This document shows, one piece after another, positions 40,447 to 52,736 of a stretch of DNA of 64,000 nt; positions within the stretch are counted from its first letter, which is position 1, and the number at the start of each line of letters is the position of its first letter. Source of the DNA: Gonapodya sp. JEL0774 (Eukaryota); NCBI GenBank assembly GCA_027604505.1, contig JADIIX010000064.1, positions 1 through 64,000 of the forward strand, read 5' to 3'. A program made the translations under genes and the position numbers. Below the pieces are notes generated by a model. It worked only from the letters and a program-made list of their open reading frames with translations. It was not told the DNA's origin and did not search any database.

Positions 40447-43400
40447 ATGGCTCCCATTCCCAGTAGCAGCCTGGATCCTGATGCCCCAGCCGACACTTCA
40501 CTACCAATCTTCTTCGAAATCGCGTGGGAGGTAGCCAACAAAGGTAAGAGCTGAAATGATATCATAGGAAAGGATGATGTAAGGCCTCTGGTGCAACTGA
40601 CACTAGTGCGGCGAAATCGGGCTACTGGTGACTAATTCTCTTAGTCACCCTTCAGGATCTCAGGATTTTGATCCTGGATGTGCTAGACAAACTACAATGC
40701 CAGTTGTCGTCGTAGACGCCTTCAATTGCTCGGCATTGTCGCATTTTCTTGCGGTGTCCCATTTTGCCAAGCGAGTGTCTGACACCCTCACACACCTCTG
40801 CCCAATGAACCAGTCGGCGGCATCTATACAGTCGTGCGTACCAAAGTGCCCGTCACTGTTGCCGAATTCGGCGAACGCTACTGCCTCCTCGGCCCTCTCG
40901 CTCAAGCAAAAGCTGCCGCCGAAGTCGAGCCGATCGACAAACCCTCTTCCCTACCACTAGCCCAGACAATCGAATCTTTTCGATCCCAGGGCGTGCATGT
41001 CATGTACGGTCGCTGGCTAATCGAAGGGGCACCCGCTGTTATCTTGTTTGATCTTTCGAGTGCCAGGAAGTGGCTTGGAGAGTGGAAGGCGGATATCTGG
41101 AGAGTGGCCCGGGTACCTACCCCAGACGACTTCGAGAGCGATGAAGCGGTTTTGTTTGGGTACCTCACTGCCTGGTTCCTTGGAGAGGTGACGATTCCTG
41201 TTTCTATGTCTGGGGTTCCATAGGCCCTCAAATCCACATCTTGCTCGCTCTATTCATTCAGTTTTACGCCCGTCTCACTGCCTTAAAATCTCCACCTGCT
41301 TCTGCTTTCTGGCTTACCCCGCCCTTGGAAGTCGACCCCAAGCAAGCGAGCACAGACGCCGAGGCCGAAGCTGACATGGTCATGGCACAACATCCCGTTT
41401 ATTCCAAGGTATGTTTGCATATACAGTTAGTTTGAGTGTTTGTTGGTGGATCGAGGTTGTCGTGACATATTCTGGCGACTTCCTCCAGTTTCGCCCAATG
41501 CGGAATCCTGATGGATCGTGGAGACCCATTATCCTCGCTCAATTTCACGAGTGGCTTGTGGGGGTTGGTCTCATTCTCTGCCGGTGCGCTATTCGAAAGC
41601 TATGTTCCTGCAATGAGTCACGCACTAAACCAATCGTGTCAATTTTCTCTACTACTCACTCACCAGCACTCGTAACCTCGACATCGCGACCATGTTCACC
41701 ACTCACGCTACTTTACTTGGTCGCTACTTATGTGCCGGTGCCGTCGATTTTTACAACTACTTGCCTTACGTCGACTGTGATGGGGAAGCTGGCAAACGCA
41801 TGATTTACCACCGGTAAGCCAACATGATTGTTCTGAGAAATGAAAAATACGGTGCTTATGATCTCGATTTTGTGCGACTACTCCAATCTGCGATGCCACG
41901 ACTGTCTCGAATCGAATCGTGATACCAGCTACTGCATCGAACGTGGCGCCTGTCACTCCGCCGACGTCTTCTCCACCGTTTCCGATATAACAGGATGGGA
42001 ATCGGAACATCTCTTGAAACGCAAACCGGACGGCGTGGTGCCCAACGGTCTCTCCGTCAAGAAATTCACGGCAATTCACGAGTTCCAAAACTTGCACGCC
42101 AGGGCAAAGGAAAAGCTTCACGAGTTTACAAGAAGCCACTTTTATGGACATTTTGACTTTTCGCTCGAAGATACGCTTTACTTTTTCACGGCAGGGAGAT
42201 ACGAACACAGGAACAAAGGGATGGACATGTACATTGAGGGACTCGCACGTGAGTTTGAGATATGCAAATATTTTGCCAGTTTGCTTCTCTACAATCCCGT
42301 TGTATTCTTAGGTCTTAATGCTCGCCTTAAACAGGCAAATTCCAAAACTACTGTGGTCGCCTTCATTGTGACGGCGGCTCCAACCCACGGCTACGCTTCC
42401 GAAGCTCTCAAAGGACCCGCCACTATGAAACAATTGCGAGACACGGTGGAGAGCGTCAGTAAAGGGATCGGCAAGAGGATACTAGAAACCGCTGCGAGGT
42501 GCGTGAGACTCGCAGTTTCCATCTTGTGTTGGAGGGTGCTGATGCATAACCTCAATTAAATCAGGCGAACCCCAATCAACCCCAAAGACCTGCTCACTTC
42601 AGAGGACCTCGTCTTGCTTAAACGGCGCATCTACGCACTCCGCCGTGACACCCTACCCCCCATCGTTACTCACAATCTCGCCGACGATGCCAAGGACCCT
42701 GTCTTGAGCCAACTTCGTGCCTGCCAGCTGTTCAACAACCGCTCAGACCGGGTCAAGGTCGTTTTCCAGCCGGAGTTTGTCAACGTCAACTCCCCCATTT
42801 TGCCCATGGACTATGACGATTTTGTCCGTGGATGTCATTTGGGAGTGTTCCCTAGTTATTACGAGCCGTGGGGCTACACCCCTGCAGAATGTACCGTCAT
42901 GGGCGTGCCGTCGATTACGAGCAACCTCAGTGGGTTTGGCAATTATATCGAAGAGGTCGTGAGTCACCCTTCGGATTATGGTATGTGTTTAGTTGGCCCC
43001 CTTGGGTTAAAAGGGCGACCTTTGTTGAGGAATTTTTCTAATGCGTGCCCTCTAAACAACTGACTCTTTGAACAATAATGAAAATCTGCTCATCGACCTC
43101 GGAAGGCATCTACATAATTGACCGGAGGTATCGCAGTCCCGAGGAGTCGATGCAGCAGCTGACAGACTACATGTTCGATTTTTGCGCAAAGACACGTCGC
43201 CAACGCATCAACCTTCGCAACCGCACGGAACGTCTTGGTGACTTATTGGACTGGAAGCGAATGGGCGTGCAGTATCAAAAAACTCGGTGGCTCGCCGCTC
43301 GGAAAAAGTGGCCCGAATCCGTGTTGTTTGATGCCACGTCCGCCTCAGCTTCGGGCGATTCCGCCATCCCCCTCACACCATTCAACGAGCATGGCGGGGA

Positions 43401-43713
43401 CGGTTTGTCGGTCACTGGGGACTTGCAATCCGTGCCTGGGTCACCACATGCACGGGGTCAAGCAGGGCCAGACGGGTTTTCGGAGATCGGGAGTGAATAC
43501 GGTGCTGCCACGAGCGAGGATGATGGGAAGACCGCTGATGGAGAGGATACGGAGCAGGATATTGATGATTGGGAGGAAGATGACGACGATTTGAAAGATT
43601 TGGAGCTGGTTGAGGTGAAGAAGGCCAGGGGGTTAGTCAAGGGCCACAAGACGGGATTGAGTGTGGACTTGCGGCAAAGTGCCAGGGAGGTAGTTCCAGA
43701 TGAAGAGGTGTAA
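40447..43713 (+). CDS. GSY: Glycogen synthase (GT3 family)
   Basis: [86 protein letters not shown]-terminal SVPGSP regulatory site. Confidence 0.97.
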
Positions 43714-44362
43714 ATGCGAAGGAAGTGAGTTGAAGGTACACGAGAGAAGACGAAAGGACTTGAGAACTTTTTGAAGGGTGGCGCAACGGTTAAGCGGGTT
43801 ACATACTGCTCCTTTCTTGTGATGGATACTTTTTTGGGTGTTTCTGTTTAGAGAACCTTGAGAAAAAGCCTCTCTAAGTGTATTAGTATGGAAAGTCAAT
43901 GTCAAAAAATTCCTGAAAAGAGCCATTATTTGGCCGCGTTGGGTGTTTCAGTAGTGAGAAATCGTGCTGGTGCGGCGCTGGCGTCAAGAAGTCGCTGTGG
44001 ACCGTGATCGTTCCTCCCACACTACCTCGTCCGCCGCAGCTGAGATTCAAATGAATATTACGTTGCTTTTTTAACTACATTTGAAACCGTAATTAAGCGA
44101 AGCTCACGTGGCTTTTCGAATGATCATAGTCGTCGATCCTCCATCATTCTGCAAAATTATATACGGAAACCTTCGCTAGAAGAAAAAGCATAAAAAAGTG
44201 CTATTGCAGTACTATTTACTTTTACGCTACACGTGAATACATAATCTCCATAGATTGAAAAGGGAGTACAAAATCTACGAAGGGTCCTTGGGACGATCAT
44301 GAACTGTGTTGTTGTATGATCCCCATTCGAAGCAAAGGCTTCCACGCTTGCGTGAATTTCAG

Positions 44363-47021
44363 ATGATACCGCGACCGGGATCCGTGGCATTGATCGCGCA
44401 AACGAACGTGCCATTCTCAGCTCCGCTGTTCGCGACAGCTGCTAGAGCCCATCCACCCCACAAACAGAGCTTTGCCGTTGTTCCCCCGCGACTGCAAAGG
44501 GACGGTGTTTTATTTCTTTCCACAAAGTCTGGGACATTCTTTGCTGTGAATGGGAACCGCCATCCCCTTGCTGTCCCGTCCTTCGTTGGATCATCACGAC
44601 GATTCTTCACCAACCTCAGCACTACTTACCACCAGCACCAACATCATGAGTCACCAGACTCCAAATCTGCACCTCCTCCATCCCACGATCACGATCACAA
44701 CCATGCCCATATTGCCTCAGGAGCGTCGAGGGCCGCTAGCAAGGTCGGCCCGAACTCGACCTATGGACGTTCCCCTCCTGACCATCACGCCTCGCATGCC
44801 CACTCACACGGCATTTTCGGTCATGCGGGACACTCGCATGGATCAGAAGAAAACGTTTTAGTCGGTTTGATGTCGAACGATAAGAGTGAGTTTCATTATT
44901 CAAGAGGGATCAAAAACATCACCGACAACACAAAACCGGAGCGGGATTGGCCGATTGTTTGACCTCTATTGTACTCTGAAAGCTCTTTGTGAAATGTCGG
45001 AGAAGAACCGCGTACGCGCACATCCCTCCATGTCGTTTGTCACTCACACGGTCCCTGTGTTTGCCATCCCAGACCGCGCCGGAGTGACAGTCACACTCGT
45101 AGGCCTATTCACAAACGTTGGATTCACCCTTGTGAAAGCGATTGCCGGCTGGTGGTATAACTCTGCGAGTCTCCTTGCCGATGCTGGTGAGCAGTCGAAT
45201 CACGAGACGAGAGAGCTCACTCACTAACCCTATTCGAACAGCCCATCAAGCGTCGGATCTCATATCTGATGTGGTGACTCTTTTAGCGTACCAGATTTCC
45301 CGTCGTGAGGTACGTTTTGCCCCGCACGTGCAACAGGGGCAGTAAGGGGCAGTACGACGTTTTGACATTGGTTGCCCACCAGGCCGACGCTGGTCATCCT
45401 TTTGGATATGGACGTTACGAAGCTATCGGAGCACTGGGCGTTAGTGGGATCCTCATCACTGGTAAGAGGGTAGTAACGTTACGGTTACCCGATTCAGCGG
45501 CCAACATAACCGAACCGCCGCCCGCCAGGTGCCGCTGCCACTGCTTGGTACTCCGTTGACGTACTTGTTCACGTCCTTGCAGCTACTACTTCGCCTTCCG
45601 TTACCGCCGCGGCGACAATCGCGTCTTCCTCGCTTTTACCGTCCAACCCGGCGGTTGCGGCTGCGTCACCCTCTCTGTTCAACACTCTCATGGCTTCTAT
45701 TTTCGACCCCACGCTTTACCATGGCCCCCATCTGCACACATCGACGACCACGACTGTCGCGGGTGTCCATAGTCCTGCCAATCCCCTCGACCACTGGGCC
45801 CTCGTCGTCACCTTCGCGAGCATCCTGGCCAAAGAAGGATTGTTCAGGTGGACGATGGCGGTCGGGACGAAGGAGAAGTCGAGTGTGCTGATTGCAAATG
45901 CGTGGCATCATAGGAGCGACGCGGCGAGCTCGTTTGTCGCATTCATCGGTGTAGGCGGTGCCATCGCCGGAGTTCCAATTTTAGGTACGTTGGGATTTAT
46001 CGAAGGCACAGAATGTGACTCGCAAAGTGCGTGTTTCCTTATTCGCTATCTATCCTTTCGCTCAGACCCCATCGGTGGTCTTCTCGTCTCCGGCATGATT
46101 GCCAAGTATGGTTTCGACACTGCAGCAGAGTCGATGAGGGAACTTGCCGATGCCTCAGTCCCCACAGCTTTCGTGAAAGAGGTCGAGAAAGTTATTTCTG
46201 ATGTGGCCGTGAGTTTGCTTGCCCTCTGAAAGACACGCAGGTTGTGATTTGGGTGATGACCCACCGCCGCCTGAAAGAAAACGGACTCCAATATCGTGTC
46301 GGTGGAGAATATCCGGGCCCGTAAAGTCGGACCTGTGTACTTGGTGGACCTAGACCTCATTGTGAAGGCGACCGCTTCGGTTTCCATGGCTCGAGCTGTG
46401 AGTGTCGGACACAACTTGCAAATGGTATATCCAAATTTCATTTTGAGCGCTCTTAGATCTCCGACAATGTGCGCCAGGCGATCCAAACCGCTCATCCTCA
46501 AGTTTCGGAAGTGTCCATTGACATTGACATCGACTCGTCTGGCTCATCACAACTGGGGGAGGTCATCACTGCCGACAATGTCCCGGCCACTGCCGCGGCC
46601 TCTGGCGCCATCCCCAACTTTGCTGGGAGGCCGACGAGCGAATTCGAAGATGCTGTGAGAGTTATTGTTGAAGAGCGGTCGGACTTGACGGGAGTCACAT
46701 GCTCCCATGTCACTGTGCATTTCTTGGTGAGTGGAGATACTTGAAAGGGAGTCTCGATCGGTCGACATTCACGACGACTCTCGGTGGTCTCAGAAAGAGG
46801 GACTTGAAGTGCACGTCGACATTGAGATTCGAAACCCAGCTCTGACCATTCGCGAAGCGCAGGATATCGCGAAGAAGGTCGGGAAGAGCTTAGTCGGTGG
46901 GTACTGCTCACTTGGACGAGTCTGGCACTGGTCTAATTCGTCACCTTGAGCAGATGGTATTCCAGAAGTGCTCACAGCAGACGTACACCTGGAGCTCAAC
47001 GAGCATTCTGAGCAAAAGTAG
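44363..47021 (+). CDS. Mitochondrial cation diffusion facilitator (Mmt1/2- or MTP6-like metal transporter)
   Basis: Presequence-like N-terminus, His-rich stretch, SASLLADAAHQASDLISD, HPFGYGRYE, ANAWHHRSDA, and two C-terminal dimerisation-type domains. Confidence 0.9.
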
Positions 47022-47832
47022 GCAGGACAGTATAGTGTGATATCAAGGGAGAGGTGGCAGCGCTGCAGACAACCTGGATGGATTTGTACATAAGATTACC
47101 AAACGCATAAGGTGTTTTTGTTTTGGATCAAAATAGCATTGTAAATGTAGCAACTGTAACAGTAATAGTGTCCACGTCGTCTCTTGGTGCGGCTGATTCC
47201 TGCTATGTGGGTTCACTGCCGAACCAACCAACGGGAGGTTCCGTTATCCGTTCCAAAACTGCAGCTGGAGCAGGAGCTTCTCCCAAACCAGCTATGTGCT
47301 CTGGTCATTCTTTTTATTTATTTATTTTTTTTTTTTTTGGTGTTCTGACCTTTTGGAGCCCGATATGGGTTGAGTGATGTGGAAATATTCGATTCTTCGC
47401 TGACGCTCTGCCATGCTCATGACCGGTGTCACCCATGACCGACATCATGACTGGGGGTGACAGTTGATCGTGGCAGTGACTTCGCAAAGGAGCTCCAGCT
47501 CTACACCGGTTTGGACGGAAGGGGAAAGTGTACCAGACACGTGACCGACGCACAACAAAGAAAGACTCATTCCCAGCCAGCCCTCACCGAGCTCACCTAG
47601 ATGCAGCGAGCAAGCAAGGGCATTTGGGGGTGGGAAAGCTGGGACGCGGATCCTGAAACCCCCAGACATAAGATGATAATTTCGAGCACAAACTGATGAA
47701 AGCAAGTATTCGAATGTACGTGTATATTCTCGAAGCAATTCACGTGCCAAATACCGCCCTCAATGGCAATTCACTGTCCGCGTCAAAACTTCATAAACGA
47801 GCAACAACTAGCAGCTCTGCAACTCTCTAAGA

Positions 47833-49719
47833 TTAATACCCCATGCCTGCCCGTGTTTTCGGAATGAAGACAGTCTCGCTCTTGATTTTGGCAGAAATCC
47901 ATGGGCCCATAACGAGAGGTTTCCCAAACATGTTCATGGGCGCTTGCATTGCCCCAGAACGCCTTCCGACCGTAACAAGCATCACTAAGTGAGGGAGTAC
48001 AACGAGGAGAATTGGGAAGCGACAGTGAGACGACGATGAGATGGGGCGATCGATGCAGCCCTAAACCAACAAAAACGTGGAATAAATTCGAGTAATAACT
48101 TACTAAACGGTGCGTCCACAATTTCCTTGAGTTTGACATCCTTCAAAGCCTTCAATCTCGCACTCTGGTTGTCCCCCGCAACACCAGCAGCAGCTTCGGC
48201 CTGTAGGAGCGAAACGATGTTGTTCGCGACGATCGGGATGTGGGCTATCGCAGCTGAATAGTTCTTGCTATTTTGAGTGGATTGTTTGAGTGTATTGTAC
48301 AGGTGGGACTTCATCCCACAATCACAGGTTTGTTCCCGTTAGACTCACCCAGCACCCGTCTTTGCAACATCGCCCAGGGCGAAAATCCACGGCAGACGAT
48401 CATCACCAACTTGAAGAGTTCTCTTAACAATCACTTCCTTCGTTTTCTCGTCGATCAGGTGCGACAGGTGTTGTGCGAGTGGGTAGGAGTTGAAGGCAGA
48501 GTTACCAATGGAGATGATCTGATGTAGAGTCGTCAGAGATGTGATGTATTCTGCAGTGCACATGTACGCGTACACCACTTACTTGCAGATCTGTGGTGAT
48601 CTCTCGTCCCTTGTCCGTCTTGATGGTCCGGGTTCCAGCGCCTTTCCACACACCATCGAAATCCTCCTTGGTCAGATTCGCCTTCTCTCCTGTAATGATC
48701 TCCACGCCAAGTTTCTTGAGCTCGGATGCTGCGGATTCTCTGAGCTTGGGAGCCACTTGCGGGAATGGTAGGATCGTCGGTCCCGATTCAAGGAGGTAAA
48801 CTTTCTTACTAGGAAAGTCCGTCGCGATTTCGCCGGAAACTGAGGAGACAAGGTAATGAGAGGGTAATCGGCAGCGCATGGTGCTTGATGAGCTCAGTCG
48901 ACTGCAGAAAACGTCTAGCAGAACGGAGTACATACGCTCAACGCCAACAGCCCCGGCTCCGACGATTAGCACGCTCTTGGTGCTGTCACTTTTCAGTGCG
49001 GCGTGCATGCTGCGTAGGATCCTTTTCCCTTTGGAACAGAGTTTTGAGAGTGAATTTGGATTAAGGAATGCCCACAGTCTTGACCGGCAATTTAAACATC
49101 CGCCCACCTTCCTCTGCAGTGTTGACATTGAACTTGCCGGGCTGGGGGCCCCAACTTCCGGTGGTCAGGATGAGAAAATCATACAGTATTGTTTCTCCAG
49201 CGGATGTGGCGACAAAGTTGGGGGAAACGTTCTGAGATGAAGAAAAATCAAAGTTGGTCGAGATTACTTACACGCTGCGCTGACCAAGCAGTCGTAGCAG
49301 ACTCACAATTACTTCCACGCCAGTCCTGACAGTCACTGCCTTAGTTTTAAATGCTTTGTCGTAAGGAATCCACACCTTGTCGATTGATTCACTCTCCACT
49401 ACTGCACGGAGACTTCCAATACTGCGACCAGACGTTCGCGATTAATATCGTCTCGGGTCTCAAGTAAACCTAAACCCTCACCTATGGAAATATGCATCCT
49501 TCTTTTCTAGAAGCAGGATTTCCACTGCATCTTCCGTGACAGATTTTTCCAGTGTTTGGGCAAGTTCGACTCCTGCATCTGGAAACCAAAGGGATGTTGC
49601 CCTTACCAGCGAACGAAACGCCAACAGCCGAACTCACAACCACCACCAACGATTACAACTCTGCGTTTCCTGTCTGGAAATTTCAATGTCTCCGCTGCTC
49701 CGAAAATCTTTCCAAACAT
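47833..49719 (-). CDS. FAD/NAD(P)-dependent oxidoreductase, AIF/AMID (FSP1-like) family
   Basis: RVVIVGGG, SVLIVGAGAVGVE|VSGEIATDFPSKKV, VKRTLQV...IFALGDVA, C-terminal KIKSETVFI. Confidence 0.88.
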
Positions 49720-51124
49720 TTGTGTTCGAGTGACTTTGGCCTGAACCGTCAGAACTTGATGACTGTGAGATGCGAGTCTAGATCAAAGTTGTCCACTTAC
49801 TCTCACTGGCGGGTTGTTCTTTTAAATGTGGTAAAAGGATAAACGTAGTTAATGCATATGGATGCGTTCATATTACTAGATTGCTTATGTGAAGCAAGGT
49901 TGAACTGATTTGCCGCTCTCCTCCGATTGTGTTTCTGTACTGCACCAATTTTCCCGCCCTTCAGAATTTCGTAAGCACGGTACGAGCAGAAGCGTTTGGG
50001 ATGTGAAGGAGACAGCCCATGAGCACAAATCGTGATCTCTGCAAACGGGTTGTTTGGCGGTGATAATCACACAGGATGATGCCCGATACTATGCTGGCTT
50101 TCTCTTACCGTATTCCTCTTCTCATCCCGAAGCATTTGGAAAAGTGGACATGGAGGTAAAACTTATGTGGGATCCTTCAGAAGTCTTGTGCAGGTACATA
50201 AAGGTACACGACGGGCCGTGGAGCATGCATAGCGGAGCGACCAAAAAAAAAACTGAAACCCCAGAACACCAGAATCCACAGAAGAGGTTCAAAGGGTCAT
50301 GCGGGGCCCCCTTGTTGTCGACCCCATCTTTGTTCTTTTGGTCCTTAAAATTGCTACAGGTCCTCCTGGCAGAGGAATCATGGAGTGACTGATGACTCGA
50401 TGAGAGATGCGAAGTCTTCCAATTATTATATCACTATTGGGAGCAACTAGAGTAGTTTAAGCGACATAAACTTCATTCGCGCGAAGCTAATAAATCTCCT
50501 GCTCCCCGGAGTGAGGACTTGCCAATAGCTAAGCCCCGTAGTCATCCCCACTCCAATGTAACTGGAAGCCCAACTCCTCCAGCAGTTCACTGGATGACGA
50601 GAGAGTACGATTTCCGCAATGAGGAGTCGGAACGATGCGGAGAAATGGCGAAATGGGTGCTCTTGGTTCTGGAATTACGGGTGACGAACAAACATTCATT
50701 GGAGCACTTAGGAATTGACTGAATGTCGGTGAAGGCCGCTGATTTAGTGGTTGCGTCTCTATTCAAGTACACCGTCCTCCATCTCATTCTCTCTCGTCAT
50801 TTTCACAAGCAACGCAACGCAAAAATAACGCTAATTTTTAACACCTCTATTGGACCCTTGCGACAGTCAAAGCAGACGATCGCAAAATCGTTGTTCCATA
50901 TAAGAGGGGTTTCATTAGCTTCACCATCGGGATGTGGAGCCAGACCTTTATTACATTAGCATCTTCCTGTACCATGGGGTTGTCTATCGCCTGTTCTGTG
51001 AACGATCGGTTTGCTTCCGCCTCCGAGCAGTTCCATACGACTCTTCATCTGGTCTGGAGCTATCTCCACGTCCCGCACGACAATAATTTTCATCATCATC
51101 TGGGCGCTCATGCTACGACAGCGC

Positions 51125-52680
51125 TCAAATTCCACGGTCGGAACTGGAGCGCTGCCGGTGTGTATCGTTGGTATGAGAATCACACCGCGGACGCTTCTTG
51201 TTGCGTTCAGGCGGAGGTGACTCAGAACTATCCCGCTCACTGGAGGAGGTGGAATAAGATCGACGGCGGCGATAGCTTGACTCGCTTGACTCTAGCGGCG
51301 TGCCTAAACGTTCCAGGATGGAACGTCTCCGCGGTTCATCGATATCTTTCACAGCAATGGGCTGTGGGGCAAGCGGGCCGAGGCGATACAAAATAGAAGG
51401 GCGATGCGGTGATGTCGAACTGTTGGTGTCAATGGAGGAATGACTTGGGTTCTCGAATCGAGCGGCAGTCCGCTTCCCATAACCCGATGCGGAGGGATCA
51501 AGCGCTCCATTGGTGGCGGTTGCACATGAGCAAGGTGACCAGTCGCCGTGCTGGGCGACCTACCGTTTATTATGAGTCCGTGCTCTGACATTTTTGGGAT
51601 GTTGGAAGTGTTGATCGTGTAATCTTGTCCCAACAACTTTCTCGGAATTGGTTGATTCATCATTAGCACCCGGCGACCAATCGGGGTTGAACTTGCTGGA
51701 AAGAGGGTTGGGCGTTGTCCACTCTGACGTTGAAGGATCGAAATTCGAGACGGAGGAAGGGGAATGGGGATTTCCGTGGAAACTGAATGCTTTGGCGTTT
51801 TGAGCTTCGGTTGCGCACTTCGCAGGGATGGAACGGCCGCGGAAGGTGGTGTGACTGGCTCTTGTTAAACAGAATGTTGGGTCAAATCCATCGGCGGGAA
51901 GATCGGTCGAAGAGTGGCTGTGTCACGCGGCGCAACTTCAACATCCTGTGTGAATTGTTCTAATGGAGTTTCGTGCTCCTGGGGAGTCGGGCTGTTTGGT
52001 GCGGTAATATCTCCGTTAGAATTGGCTGGGTGTGGTGGAACCAACAGTGCGTTAAGGTCATCTGGTGGTTGGTCCTCCTCCCCAATCTCACGGTTTGGCG
52101 CAATTGGTTGAGTTGGCGGTGCGTGCGAAGACTCGGGTCGGACGGTTGACGTTGCGACTTCCGGCTGCTGATCGAGCCCAGCACTCGAGAGGAGTGATGA
52201 GGGTGGGTCATCTGCAACCTCGAAAGATTCCTGATCTCATATAGTGCGCTTATGAGGGATGCTTGAAGCTTTTCCAAGCGCTAGCAGTTCTGCGGTGTGT
52301 GATACTGAAACAGAGAAATGCTGATGTGGGAACTAACGAGCTCCCCACGCGAGATTCCTCCCGAGACTACTTGCTGGTAAATATCAAGCGCGAGGAACCA
52401 GTTGTCAGGTTATGAGGGGGAAGAAGCCGCCCATGCTGGAAGCCCAGTCGATTTGTTGTGTGTATTCCGTGAGTATGGAAGGCCTGACACGGTCATAGAG
52501 ACTCGCTCCATCCCAAGGTCTCATAATCGTTGTTCTTGTGGTCGAGAAGCAGATTTTTAGTGGTCGTCGTTACTGGCCGGTTGGAGTAGAGGTGGCGAGC
52601 AGAAGCAATGGAATGGCGGAGGATACCTGTGATACCTTGGGTGACAGACGAATCACAAACTCGGGCTTCATGTCCACTCA
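51125..52680 (-). CDS. Hypothetical low-complexity Pro/Ser/Arg-rich protein (5' exons uncertain)
   Basis: Coding-like frames at 52230-51420 and 51362-51125 can be joined through plausible 66-nt and 59-nt GT-AG introns. Contains SILERLG and an RS-rich tail. Confidence 0.4.
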
Positions 52681-52736
52681 TGTTGACGAAAGGAGAACCG
52701 AGAAGTCCAAAAAGCTCAATTTTGAGAGGGTATTGT

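Noticed and set aside
49860..50900. Short ORFs and splice-like signals between the AIF gene and the hypothetical gene
   Set aside because: No consistent exon chain or recognisable motif.
50984..52240. Apparent pseudogene with an in-frame stop (TAA at 51865-51867) and a frameshift near 51400
   Set aside because: Both lesions are removed by plausible introns (66-nt GTGACA...AAG and 59-nt GTTCGA...CAG), so an intact gene is the simpler reading.
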